Of a DNA stretch of 64,000 nt, positions 39,238 through 51,816 are shown one piece after another. The position numbers and the translations under genes were made by a program. The first letter of the stretch is position 1; each line of letters starts with the position of its first letter. Source of the stretch: Octopus bimaculoides (taxonomy: Eukaryota); the NCBI RefSeq assembly GCF_001194135.2, contig NC_068997.1:14632569-14696568 (forward strand), in the 5' to 3' direction. The notes under the pieces were generated by a model. It worked only from the letters and a program-made list of their open reading frames with translations. It was not told where the DNA came from and made no database searches.

Positions 39238-39545
39238 NNNNNNNNNNGAAAACAGAGTATACCGTATTATGCTTTATGTATGGTTGTCACCAGAAAATTT
39301 TTCTTGACATAGTATGCACATGAAAGGAGTACTAAATTGATGGAGAGGGGGGGGTCAATATCACCCCACCACCACCACCACCACCACTTCCCCTATACAA
39401 CTGAAGATAAGGGAGGGAGAGTTGGGAAATAGTGCAACTTGGAATCAAATGTGTCATGTAAGCACTTGACTTGTATGAATCCCATCAGAGTTCTACAGAA
39501 CAAACATCTTACCATTATAAAATAATATAAGCATATATAATACAC

Positions 39546-39748
39546 ATCCATCATCATCATCGTCGTCGTCGTCATCGTCATCGTTAATGTCATTATCACT
39601 ATCATTGTTTACCTGCTGTTCTTGTTCCATGCTAGCATGGGTCAGATAGTTTGACAGGATCCGAGTTAGCCTGAGGGCTGTATTGGTCTCTATCATCTAC
39701 TTTGGCATGGTTTCTATGGCTGAATGCCCTTCCTAATGCCAACCATGT
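39546..39748 (-). mobile_element. SINE family C (diverged)
   Basis: (CAT/CGT)n, ccatgctagcatggg, gcccttcctaatgccaacc. Confidence 0.75.
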
Positions 39749-39968
39749 TCTGTAGGGATGGGCAGATAAACTTTGGATGATGAATGTGCCTCTAGGCTTC
39801 TTCAGAGGGCCTAAGTGGTTGGGAGGACTAATACATATAAGAGACAGTTAACAATAGGTACAGTGTGATTGTCTTTTTTCAAAAAGGGTAGAAAAAGAAT
39901 AGGAGTAAGAATAAGAACAAACATGTGGATGTGAGTGAAGTACAACTTAGCATATATATATATATATA

Positions 39969-40278
39969 TTGGGCCTCATGGAGGCATTGTCTGAGACCTC
40001 TGGCATTATGTCATGATTGAGAAGAAGACCCATGAAGCCAAGCAAAATCACAATCATAGCAGGTACCGGTGTCACGCAAAAGGCACCTATGCCAGTGGCA
40101 CATAAAAAGCACCCATTACACTCTTGGAGTGGTTGGCATTAAGAAGAGCATCCAGCCATAGAAAACTATGGTAAATCAGGTCTGATGCAGCCTTCCAGCC
40201 TTCCTGCAACCTGGTCAAACTGTCCAACCCATGCCAGCATGGTCAACAGACGTTAAATGATGATGATGATGATGATGA
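39969..40278 (+). mobile_element. SINE family C
   Basis: gtggttggcattaagaagagcatccagcc...ccaacccatgccagcatgg...cgttaaatgatgatg. Confidence 0.85.
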
Positions 40279-40479
40279 TATAATTTCTTTATTTGTGAAT
40301 TAAGGCTACCATTGGTTTCATGTTAAGAAGAATAGGAAAATATCTTAGTGTCTTAACAAATCTTCGAGCCAATCACATAAACAATTTTTCAAGCCAATCA
40401 CATGCTCAAAGACATTTTCCCCACTCTTCTTAACATGAAACCAACGGTAGCCCTAATTCACAAATAAAGAAATCATATA
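40279..40479. mobile_element. MITE with about 70-bp terminal inverted repeats, TA-flanked
   Basis: 40279-40346 and 40409-40479 are reverse complements with about 7 differences; TA at both ends. Confidence 0.75.
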
Positions 40480-41244
40480 TCCACCAATGCAGTGTTGAGA
40501 ACTCATTCCATCAGTCTACATTTACGTTGGCATTAGAATAATTGATAAGTAACTTGCAAGGCTGGAAAGAGCAAGTACCTAGTAACAAAGTGCTTCAGAT
40601 ATCATTGACTATAATAGATTTTATTTTTTCTAACTATAAAAGTGCTAAAAGAATTCTAATACTAACCACATATGAGGTCTTTAGTTCATTTCAGTTATCA
40701 CGAGTAAGACAATTCTAGAATCTCATGGCTTTAGTTGTGATGGAACATTATCCCATTTACATAGAGCAAAAATTTCCATTAATTTCATTTTTTCTTAATT
40801 TTTTTTTTTTAAAGTTAATTTTGGGTCAAAAATTTCTGCCACTTATATAATAGGAACATATATTGAACATAACCCTACTTGTCAATATTAATAATTTATC
40901 CTTGAATAAATTCAGTTGGATTTTAGTGTTTTCTGGCCCATTGCATTCCTGAGTAACTAAGATAACTTATTTCTGTAACAGACTGTGTACAGTGATCAGT
41001 ATAACATTTTATTTTACATTGAGATGTTGAAGCTAAATTGCTATATTCGGTTAGGGTCTAATTTTTTTTTTTTCTGGTCTGTTAAGAACAATGTTTTTCG
41101 GTATATAAATAAACAGAAGCTTATCGTTTTGTTTACTTTATCTACAAAGCTTATTACCCAAGCTACAGTGCATATTTAAGTTTCAAGTCTTTTTTTACGA
41201 CGACAGTGGTGATGATGGTGATGATGAAGATGATNNNNNNNNNN

Positions 41245-41287
<43 letters not shown>

Positions 41288-41442
41288 TTGATACTCTTGA
41301 TACTGGTAAAAACAACAAACACAATGTCTCTAAGGTTTAACTCCCCATAATACATTGCAGTATATGTACATTAAATTGCATTAAAGTTATGTACAAATAT
41401 GCATGTATGTAATTATATGTATATACATACATGTATATGCGC

Positions 41443-41481
<39 letters not shown>

Positions 41482-41525
41482 GACACACACAAACATATAT
41501 ATATATGTATGTGTATATACATATA

Positions 41526-41734
41526 TCATCATCATCGTTTAACGTCCGCTTTCCATGCTAGCATGGGTTGGACGATTTGACTGAGGACTGGTGAAACTGG
41601 ATAGCAACACCAGGCTCCAGTCTGATTTGGCAGAGTTTCTACAGCTGGATGCCCTTCCTAACGCCAACCACTCAGAGAGTGTAGTGGGTGCTTTTACATG
41701 TCACCCGCACGAAAACGGCCACGCTCAAAATGGT
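41526..41734 (-). mobile_element. SINE family C (young)
   Basis: Near-identical reverse complement of 53200-53443; 5' part in gap. Confidence 0.9.
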
Positions 41735-43049
41735 NNNNNNNNNNNNNNNNNNNNNNNNNNNNNNNNNNNNNNNNNNNNNNNNNNNNNNNNNNNNNNNNNN
41801 NNNNNNNNNNNNNNNNNNNNNNNNNNNNNNNNNNNNNNNNNNNNNNNNNNNNNNNNNNNNNNNNNNNNNNNNNNNNNNNNNNNNNNNNNNNNNNNNNNNN
41901 NNNNNNNNNNNNNNNNNNNNNNNNNNNNNNNNNNNNNNNNNNNNNNNNNNNNNNNNNNNNNNNNNNNNNNNNNNNNNNNNNNNNNNNNNNNNNNNNNNNN
42001 NNNNNNNNNNNNNNNNNNNNNNNNNNNNNNNNNNNNNNNNNNNNNNNNNNNNNNNNNNNNNNNNNNNNNNNNNNNNNNNNNNNNNNNNNNNNNNNNNNNN
42101 NNNNNNNNNNNNNNNNNNNNNNNNNNNNNNNNNNNNNNNNNNNNNNNNNNNNNNNNNNNNNNNNNNNNNNNNNNNNNNNNNNNNNNNNNNNNNNNNNNNN
42201 NNNNNNNNNNNNNNNNNNNNNNNNNNNNNNNNNNNNNNNNNNNNNNNNNNNNNNNNNNNNNNNNNNNNNNNNNNNNNNNNNNNNNNNNNNNNNNNNNNNN
42301 NNNNNNNNNNNNNNNNNNNNNNNNNNNNNNNNNNNNNNNNNNNNNNNNNNNNNNNNNNNNNNNNNNNNNNNNNNNNNNNNNNNNNNNNNNNNNNNNNNNN
42401 NNNNNNNNNNNNNNNNNNNNNNNNNNNNNNNNNNNNNNNNNNNNNNNNNNNNNNNNNNNNNNNNNNNNNNNNNNNNNNNNNNNNNNNNNNNNNNNNNNNN
42501 NNNNNNNNNNNNNNNNNNNNNNTATATATATATATGTATATATACACATACATATATATGTGTGTGTATGTCAGTGTGTATGCACATGTATGTGTCTGTA
42601 TTTGTGTGGATGTTAAATGATGATGATGACAATGACATGATGATGACGATGATATATGTACACACACACACACACACTCTTTTACTCTGCTACTGGTTCT
42701 AGCTATTGGATTGCAACCAAGCTGAGTTTGGTTGATCAAACAAACTTCGGTATTTATTTATTTTTTTTTTTTCAAGTAGTGCATTTATTCTAATGGTCCC
42801 TATTTTGCTTGGATCTCTAAGTTACACAGACATAAACAAACAAACACTGGTTGTGAAGTGGTGTACCATAGAAACATTCATGTTCTGATTTTATTTTGCT
42901 TGGAGAGGGTTTCTAGCCCAAATATAAGGCTCTGTCACCAACATTCAAAGAACATCAACAGGATAGTTATGTGTGTATGTATGCATGGATAATATTAAAT
43001 GTATAGTAGGGTCAGTTGGGCACTGACTGAGAGAAAAACGGCACCGCGA

Positions 43050-43796
43050 TGCAATTCACACTGCCAAAAACTTGGAAAAGACATACTGTACTGCTTGGCA
43101 TTCAAGCCAGAAGATCCAGTACGAACATCAATTCAGAGTGTTTGGGTGTCAATCTGAAAACAGTGCAATCTGAGGGCATGTACCGAGAGTGATAAAAATC
43201 AAACATGCAGCCAACTTCATGGTGTTTCGAGTGATCACTAGTGATAGCGATGTTATGCTTCCATTCATATTCCCACATGGTCTCATATTCAACACAAAAG
43301 CTGACATCAAGTGCCTGGAGGAGGTAGTGCTGCCCTAGGTCAAGAGAGTGGCTGCTGGAAGACACTATGTCTGGCAAATGGATACTGCACCATGCCACAC
43401 AAGCAGGAGAACCCAGTCATGGCAGTCGATAATTTCTGCAACCACATCACTCCTCACATTTGGTCACCAAACTCCCCAGACTGCAGCCCCCTTGATGGTT
43501 ATGTGCAGGGTACAGGTGAGCAAGAGACCAACAAATCTCCTTGTAACACCAAAGGTGAACTGAAGGCAAGGATTATGGCAGCATTCACCAACTTAAAGAA
43601 GGAGACTATCCAGAAGAGTTGCAGGAAATTCCAAAGTCATCTGGAGGACGCGGTTGAAGCCAATGGCGATTTTATTGAATAAATCTACTTCTTAGTATTT
43701 CAAAATATTTTTATGTAATTTTAGTAAATATACCCATTAAAATGAGATGTCAGTATTATTTTCATTTTTGTGTAACTTAGATGACAGTTTATTGAC
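43050..43796 (+). mobile_element. Internally deleted Tc1/mariner-superfamily transposon, DD37D (maT/mori-type) transposase relic
   Basis: HYVWQMDTAPCHTSRRTQSW, frameshift, DNFCNHITPHIWSPNSPDCSPLD; restoring the frame gives 37 residues between the second and third D. One in-frame TAG; 3' end runs into the gap. Confidence 0.85.
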
Positions 43797-45009
43797 NNNN
43801 NNNNNNNNNNNNNNNNNNNNNNNNNNNNNNNNNNNNNNNNNNNNNNNNNNNNNNNNNNNNNNNNNNNNNNNNNNNNNNNNNNNNNNNNNNNNNNNNNNNN
43901 NNNNNNNNNNNNNNNNNNNNNNNNNNNNNNNNNNNNNNNNNNNNNNNNNNNNNNNNNNNNNNNNNNNNNNNNNNNNNNNNNNNNNNNNNNNNNNNNNNNN
44001 NNNNNNNNNNNNNNNNNNNNNNNNNNNNNNNNNNNNNNNNNNNNNNNNNNNNNNNNNNNNNNNNNNNNNNNNNNNNNNNNNNNNNNNNNNNNNNNNNNNN
44101 NNNNNNNNNNNNNNNNNNNNNNNNNNNNNNNNNNNNNNNNNNNNNNNNNNNNNNNNNNNNNNNNNNNNNNNNNNNNNNNNNNNNNNNNNNNNNNNNNNNN
44201 NNNNNNNNNNNNNNNNNNNNNNNNNNNNNNNNNNNNNNNNNNNNNNNNNNNNNNNNNNNNNNNNNNNNNNNNNNNNNNNNNNNNNNNNNNNNNNNNNNNN
44301 NNNNNNNNNNNNNNNNNNNNNNNNNNNNNNNNNNNNNNNNNNNNNNNNNNNNNNNNNNNNNNNNNNNNNNNNNNNNNNNNNNNNNNNNNNNNNNNNNNNN
44401 NNNNNNNNNNNNNNNNNNNNNNNNNNNNNNNNNNNNNNNNNNNNNNNNNNNNNNNNNNNNNNNNNNNNNNNNNNNNNNNNNNNNNNNNNNNNNNNNNNNN
44501 NNNNNNNNNNNNNNNNNNNNNNNNNNNNNNNNNNNNNNNNNNNNNNNNNNNNNNNNNNNNNNNNNNNNNNNNNNNNNNNNNNNNNNNNTATATATGTATA
44601 TATGTATGTGTATATATTTGCATTTATGGGGTGAGGAAAACATATAACTATGTAGAGGTATATGTATTACTGTCTTAGCTCAAGTTCAACCATCATTTTA
44701 ACAGTTCCATTAGCAAAGCCATTCCTGCAATGACCATATTGCTTGGAATCATCTGAGTATAGTGTAACCCCAACTGGTATTCTCAAATGCATTCTTCTGT
44801 TTTCGTAAGACAGTAGTGTGTGATTTCAAGGAGACATAGTTATGATTTGTAGCTAGTGAAATATCTTAGAGGTTACCTCATTAGCGTTCGAGAAGTTTTG
44901 GCTACATACGTATATCATGCACACATACACAGGCACGAACATGCACACACTCACACATACAAAAATACACACACACACACACAAAATATATACATATACG
45001 TGTGTATAT

Positions 45010-45058
<49 letters not shown>

Positions 45059-45522
45059 NNNNNNNNNNNNNNNNNNNNNNNNNNNNNNNNNNNNNNNNNN
45101 NNNNNNNNNNNNNNNNNNNNNNNNNNNNNNNNNNNNNNNNNNNNNNNNNNNNNNNNNNNNNNNNNNNNNNNNNNNNNNNNNNNNNNNNNNNNNNNNNNNN
45201 NNNNNNNNNNNNNNNNNNNNNNNNNNNNNNNNNNNNNNNNNNNNNNNNNNNNNNNNNNNNNNNNNNNNNNNNNNNNNNNNNNNNNNNNNNNNNNNNNNNN
45301 NNNNNNNNNNNNNNNNNNNNNNNNNNNNNNNNNNNNNNNNNNNNNNNNNNNNNNNNNNNNNNNNNNNNNNNNNNNNNNNNNNNNNNNNNNNNNNNNNNNN
45401 NNNNNNNNNNNNNNNNNNNNNNNNNNNNNNNNNNNNNNNNNNNNNNNNNNNNNNNNNNNNNNNNNNNNNNNNNNNNNNNNNNNNNNNNNNNNNNNNNATA
45501 TATATATGTGTATATATATATG

Positions 45523-45575
<53 letters not shown>

Positions 45576-45964
45576 TTGTATGTATGTACACACATGTAAG
45601 TTACACACACAGCCACACACACATTTATATATATAAAACCGTTATACATTTAAACATGTATGTGTGTGTGTGTGTGCACATGTGCCTATATCAGTGTGTG
45701 CATGCACACGCAAGCGGGTGTATGTTTATACATAACATAAGCTAGATTTTGACATAAAATTTCAAAGGTATTTATTTGCTTATACATTCAAAGAAATCTT
45801 CTGCTGATAAACTTTCACGGTTTTCAGATTAATTTTCTGAATCCTTTTTCTCTTGTTGACACTGCGGTTAGTCGTTAGCTTCAGTAGTGATTAAGTAAGA
45901 GCACACGGTGAGCTACGTGTCATTCTCAATTATTATCTTTACCAACTTCTCACCTCCCCCCCCC

Positions 45965-46200
45965 TGCCACTCTTCTCTTAAGATATTCTTCTAGCATCTT
46001 GAAAAAGAAAGGTATTAGTAGGAAAATATACAGCTCTGTCATTCCATAGCATGGCCCCCACTTGGCAACACTGTTATTGATATGCTACTCGTTTGGAAAA
46101 GTTTGTAGTCTCATAGGTCCATGATAGATTAACTGAATTGCTGAGAATTGCAGTCAACCTTGTTGTAATATGTGCACGAGTCAGATATGGCAGATTCTTT
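45965..46200 (-). mobile_element. Possible decayed CR1/L2-type LINE C-terminal relic
   Basis: Minus strand NSVAKW...FFFKMLEEYLK loosely resembles RVVxxWN...FKxxLDxxL. Confidence 0.25.
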
Positions 46201-46744
46201 TATGATATTGTATATTAAGATTTGTAAGAAATGTTGGATTATCTTCACTGAGTTGATGTATTCTTCATCACATGAAGGAAAGAAATTGAAGTAAAAGAGA
46301 AATGACAGAGGGTGTGGGTGGCAGGTGGGTAGAAAAATCGGGAAAGAAGAGAAAGAGATGCTTGTTCTTTAAAAGAGATAATTGGAATGGTGGATTAGAA
46401 CTAATAAAAATGGAACTTAACTGAAATGGCTCCTCATAAAATATCAGACAGAGCTGAAAAGGAATGGATAGAAATGCCAAGCGAAATAATTACTTTGGCA
46501 TCCTTTTAATATTCATGCATATAAGTGTGGTTTGCTGAAGAAAATAAGGACAAACAAAGTATTTAATTGAAGGTAAGGTGCAGCCACTTCGATTTCGGTA
46601 CAGCTGGTACATTCAAACAGCCAGAAATACATCTCCATGTGAGATCTTTTAACGTAGCAAAACTGATGAAGTGGAAGCAGATTTTGGCTTAACAGAATAA
46701 ATTCAACAACACTTTGGGGGATTCTTCATCTGACAGCTTTTATA

Positions 46745-46745
46745 T

Positions 46746-46778
<33 letters not shown>

Positions 46779-46950
46779 GTTGTTGTTATTGTTGTTGTTG
46801 TCGTCGTGTTGTCGTCATCGTCTTCATTGTCATCATCACCATCATTATTGCCATCATCATCATCATCATTGTTATCATCATCATCATTGTCATCATCGTC
46901 ATCATTATCATCACCAGTATCATAATCACTAACATCATCATCAACATCCA
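46745..46950. repeat. (CAT)n/(GTT)n/(CGT)n composite microsatellite
   Basis: Trinucleotide arrays. Confidence 0.9.
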
Positions 46951-46955
46951 CATGT

Positions 46956-47012
<57 letters not shown>

Positions 47013-47419
47013 ATATACATTTCTGTACATATGGACAAACAATACAGAAATAAATTACTTATTGCTTCCTCAAGTTGGCACGGTGCCTGAGATTTTTCAG
47101 CTGAAAGAAGGATTGGAACGGTGTGTGATGGTCATGTATTTCACAAGTGTAATAATGACAGAAAAGCAATGAATTTTAGTGCTGGTAAACTTAGAAATCA
47201 GTCTCTAGTTTACAAACAAAACGATGACATGTCATTGTACAGGTACGCACAGATTCTCAAATATAGGCTGATTGCATACAGAGATAGAAACCCAGGTATA
47301 ATTTTGAAAATTTTCTCTGAGTTTATTTGTCATCATGACCGTTTGTTGTAGCATCACTTCCTTTAATGATGTTGTTATTATATTGTAGACACAGGTTGGG
47401 AAAGAGCTTGCTACTCAAA

Positions 47420-47464
<45 letters not shown>

Positions 47465-47665
47465 TTCTACCTCTCCTATCAAAACTTTTTTTTCCTAAAC
47501 AGTCACCAGGCTTGACTGCTAAGTCCACAAGGATTTTTTTTATTCCCTCTCTGTTTATTTTCTCGTGTTCCTTTCTGTTGAAGAGCATAGGCTCGAAATA
47601 TAAAAGACTTCCTCACAGGCAGACTGATAGATAGATTTATATGCATATATATACATATACATATA

Positions 47666-47881
47666 CAAGAGGGTGCTGAAAAGTTCCTGGCTTTAAGGGT
47701 ATCAGGCAAGGCCTGGTTGGAGGCCCAATATCCTGAGTTCTTTTACAAGGTTTACAAAAACTGAAGGACCACTGCAATAAGTGTGTGAATCTGAGAGGGA
47801 AATATGTTGAATAAAATCATAATTAAGTGATCTTACCCTATTCTCTTTTACCCCAAACCAGGAACTTTTCAGCACCCCTGA
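47666..47881 (+). mobile_element. Mariner-derived MITE (about 216 bp)
   Basis: TIRs agagggtgctgaaaagttcctggctt / aaaccaggaacttttcagcacccct, TA flanks; with one frameshift the interior reads as a mariner C-terminus (..QKLKDHCNKCVNLRGKYVE*). Confidence 0.85.
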
Positions 47882-47991
47882 TAAGTATGTGTGTCTGTGT
47901 GTCCATTGTAACCGTATCTTAACATCACATCAAAGTATAAACAAGCATCCCTATCATACATGGAAAATCCATCTGTCTTTGAGAAATATTA

Positions 47992-48125
47992 CTGTGCTCG
48001 AGAACAGGTGAGTGTTGGCAACAGGAAGGGCATCCAGCTGCGGAAAAATCTGCCTCAATGAATTCCACCTGACCCATGGAAGCTTGGAAAAAGTGGATGT
48101 TTAATGATGATGATAATGATGATGA
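47992..48125 (+). mobile_element. SINE family C-related (short variant)
   Basis: gttggcaacaggaagggcatccagctg...acccatggaagcttggaaaagtggatgtttaatgatg. Confidence 0.75.
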
Positions 48126-48284
48126 TGACAATAATGACGACGGCGACGACAATGATAAGGAGGAAGAGGAATCATGATGATAATGGTGGTGGTGGTGATG
48201 GTGATGGTGGCAATGACGGTAATGACAACGACCAGGCCAACGATGACGACAATGATGATGATGATAATGTTCATCATAATAATG

Positions 48285-48461
48285 ATGATTGCCTTTGTTA
48301 AATTACTTTTAGAAATAACAGTAAATTTAGTAAATTAACTTTGTCGTTATTTAGCTGGTGTTTGGAACATAAATTTACATGAAAATTTGATGGATGGCTT
48401 TTAGATCAGTTTAAATAGAACTAGGAAAGTTCTTGGGTGGTTTTGGAAGTAAAAGGGTTAA
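48285..48461 (+). mobile_element. AT-rich MITE fragment ending aaaagggTTAA (piggyBac-type end)
   Basis: GGG|TTAA terminus; interior homologous to 49775-49890 and, inverted, to 49945-50070. Confidence 0.5.
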
Positions 48462-48717
48462 TGAAATAAGATATACTATATGAGAATTTTGTAAGGTCTT
48501 GGGAAATGATAGAAACACTTCCTACCATTGCTATGGGATCCTTTGTAGTCAAAGAAAATATCCATCAAGAGGAGAATGCTTTGTGCAGAATGAGTTTTTT
48601 TTTGTTTTTTTTGTAGTAGTAGAAGCTGCTGCATGCAAACTATAATGAGTAAACAGTAATCAGAAATAACGACAAGATCCAATGATGAAGCGAATTAAGA
48701 TCAATTAAGGTCATAAT

Positions 48718-48849
48718 TCTTTTCTACTCTAGGTACAAGGCCCAAAATTTTGGTGGAGGGGGCCAGTCAATTAGATCGACCACAATATGCAACTGGTACG
48801 TAATTTATCGACCCCAAAAGAAGAAAAGCAAAGTCAACCTCGGCAGAAA
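48718..48849 (-). mobile_element. SINE family A, 5'-truncated
   Basis: Reverse complement of the A tail and core. Confidence 0.85.
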
Positions 48850-48931
48850 GTCATAATAAGTCTGAAATATAAAGTTGGTTATTGATGCAGATTCTTGAAA
48901 CACCCAGAAAGACTTGTGCATCATGATGATG

Positions 48932-49110
48932 ATCATCATCGTTTAATGTTTGCTTTCCATGCTGGCATGGGTTAGATGCCTTGACTGGAACTGGTAAGCT
49001 AAAGAGCTGCACCAGGTTCCCGTCTGATTTGGCATGGTATCTACGGTTAGATGTCCGTTCTAATGCCAACCACTCCAAGGGTATAATGGGTGCGTTTTAT
49101 GTGCAACTGG
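48932..49110 (-). mobile_element. SINE family C
   Basis: catcatcgtttaatgtttgctttccatgctggcatgggtt...taatgccaaccactcc. Confidence 0.85.
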
Positions 49111-49117
49111 CTGATTC

Positions 49118-49331
49118 TAGAATTTGGCAGAAGGCCAGTGATTTCAGCAGAGGTGGTATATCAGTTACATCAACCCCTGTGTTCAGTTGGTACTTTTTTT
49201 ATCAACTCTGAAAGGATGAAAGACAAAGACGAAGTTGGCCCAAGCAGTATTTGAACTCTGAACATAAATTCAGAAGAAATGCTGCTAAGCATTTTTCCCA
49301 GCACCGTAATGATTCTGCCAGCTCACTACCT
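49118..49331 (-). mobile_element. SINE family A (diverged)
   Basis: ggtacttttttatcaactctgaaaggatgaaag...gattctgccagctcact. Confidence 0.8.
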
Positions 49332-49371
49332 CGGATTTATACATATTACAAGCAAATGAATCTCTTTCAAG

Positions 49372-49462
49372 GTTTATTATGTTGCCACGGTCCACAAAAG
49401 CAGAGGTTTGCCATTCCTTGTGTCTAGTTTCAGCTGGATGGACTGGGCCAATTCTGTGTCAG
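49372..49462 (+). CDS. Candidate 91-nt exon (VYYVATVHKSRGLPFLVSSFSWMDWANSVS, or an alternative frame), unknown gene
   Basis: aatctctttcaag acceptor, CAG|gtaatg donor, locally GC-richer; two open frames. Confidence 0.25.
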
Positions 49463-50088
49463 GTAATGTGCCACAGGTTAAGTGAAAAATTACTAACAGA
49501 ATACGAAATGCCAACATCACAGCTGGTTCTGTTCTTTTTCTTTAATTTGCTTCAGTCCTTAGGCTGTGTCCATGCTGGAGCATCTCCTTGAAGAACTTTT
49601 GTTGAATTTAATATATAAATATATATTTTTAATATATGAGAAAGTAGATATTTAAATATATACACGTGTATACATTTAAATATTTATGTTAAATCGTGGC
49701 ATTTAATTCCATAATTATCCATATATACATATAACAGATTTTATATGCTTAACACAAGTTTGTATTAAGCAGGGTCTTTGTTTTAATTAATTTTTAATAA
49801 TAATGAAGAAATTAGCAAAAAAAATTCGTCATTATTTAGCTGATATTTGAAATACAAATTTACATGAAATATTCATGGAGATTCTAATTTAGAGACTATC
49901 TGAGATTGCTCCTGTTTCTATGATATGGAATTCATGTTCTGAAGTAATTTGAATTACATCCTTCCATCAAAAATTTCGTGACAGTTTATGTTCTAAACAC
50001 CTACTTAACGAGAAAGTTATTTTGCTAAATTCTTCATTATTTTCAAAATTAATCAAAATATAGTTTAGTGCATTTCTGCAGTAATATT

Positions 50089-50460
50089 GTGGCACTCCGT
50101 CGGTTATGTCGACGAGGGTTCCAGTTAATCCGATCACCGGAACAGCCTGCTTGTGAAATTAACGTGCAAGTAGCTGAGCACTCCACAGACACGTGTACTA
50201 TTAATGTAGTTCTCAGGGATTTTCAGCGTGACAAGGCTGGACCGTTGAATTACAGGCACAACAGAAACAGGAAGTAAAAGTGAGAAAAAGTTGTGGTGAA
50301 AGAGAACAGCAGGGTTTGCCACCACTCCCTGCCGGAGCCCCGTGGAGCTTTTATGTGATTTGCTCAATAAATACTCACAACGCCTGGTCTAGGAATTGAA
50401 ACCATGATCCCACGACTGCAAGTCCGCTGCCCCTAACCACTGGGCCATTGTGCTTCCACA
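50089..50460 (-). mobile_element. SINE family E, full length (tRNA-derived)
   Basis: Minus-strand head gtggaagcacaatggcccagtggttagg (A-box) and ggtttcaattcc (B-box); second partial copy at 36990. Confidence 0.9.
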
Positions 50461-50500
50461 CAGAAATATAATAATAAAAGGTTAATATTTACACTCACAG

Positions 50501-50715
50501 TTAAGGCTGTGAGCTTGCAGAATCTTTATGATGAATGAAATGCTTAGTAGCATTTTATGTTTCCCCATTCTGAGTTCAAATCCTGCTGAGAGGCCACTTT
50601 GCCTTTTATCCTTTTGCGATCAATAAAATAAGTACCAGTTGAGCATTGGGGTCAATGTAACTGACTTAACCCTGCCGCTGAAGCTGCGGGCCTTGAGCCA
50701 AAATTTGAAACCAAT
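50501..50715 (+). mobile_element. SINE family A
   Basis: gagttcaaatcc...gatcaataaaataagtaccag...aaatttgaaacc. Confidence 0.85.
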
Positions 50716-51404
50716 ATCAACTTTTCTTTGTGAGTTGAGTTGACCAAAGTTGCATAGCAAATGATAGACGTTATGTTCCTACAACACAGCTCCAAGTTAG
50801 GCTTCATTACATCCACTATGTGCTGACAACAAGAGAGACTGTTGTAGCTAAGCAGAGGAGATGTGATGAACCTAGGGCACACATGTGAACATCTGTAAAT
50901 CAATCATTAAAAATTATTTATTATTAGACTCTGTACGAAAGAGGCAACAGATGTGAATGAATGATGAGTTTGTGGAGAAGACTGGAGGTTTCAACAGTAA
51001 ATGAAATATTAGAGGAAGAAATACAGAAAAGGAGGAAGTAGAATATAAAGAGACAGATGTATGATAAGAAAGAAAATAAGCAATTCAACATAATTGAGTT
51101 CTGTGGATAAAAATTGGATATAAAGTATTTTGATAAATATATTACTTGTACATTAAAAGTATTTCATTTCAATGTTGCACTTTTCTGCAGAATATATCTT
51201 CAGATTTTAGCTAACACTGTATGCAATGGATAGGTGGAAACATCTTGTTTTATATGCAATACTTTTGTGGGTAGAAAAAGTGGAATCGGCCCAGAACTAA
51301 GTTTTATTTTGTGTTGAGATTTCATCAAAGACTCGATATCTTCTTTGCTGAAGGGGTTAGCTGGCCATTAATGAAATCCCTCCTCCCTCTATTACTCCTC
51401 CCCT

Positions 51405-51640
51405 TTGTCTTGCAAGTTACTCGGTTGACATCATCAGTGCTGGATCCACATAAAAAGCACACAGTACACCCCATAAAATGGTAGGCATTAGGAAGGGTAT
51501 CCAGCCATAGAAATTATATCAGAACCGACAGCAGAGCTTAGCACAGTTCTCTGGCTTGTCAGCTCCTGTCAAACCATCCGACCCAAGCCATCACAGAAAC
51601 CACATGTTAAATAATGATGCTGACAACAATGATGACGACA
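51405..51640 (+). mobile_element. SINE family C (diverged)
   Basis: ggcattaggaagggtatccagccatagaaa...ccatccgaccc...gttaaataatgatg. Confidence 0.75.
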
Positions 51641-51816
51641 ATGTATTCCTCTTGCTTTCTTAAGCATAGAACTTCAAAAGAATTTTCAATTTAAATATAG
51701 TATAGAAGATCCTTATATGCTGGAAGCAGATATGTAACTGTAAAGGTTGGCCTCGTAGAAAGACATTCTTTAGATAGAATAATTATTCCGAGTAACCCTT
51801 ACAGCATTTTTAGCTG

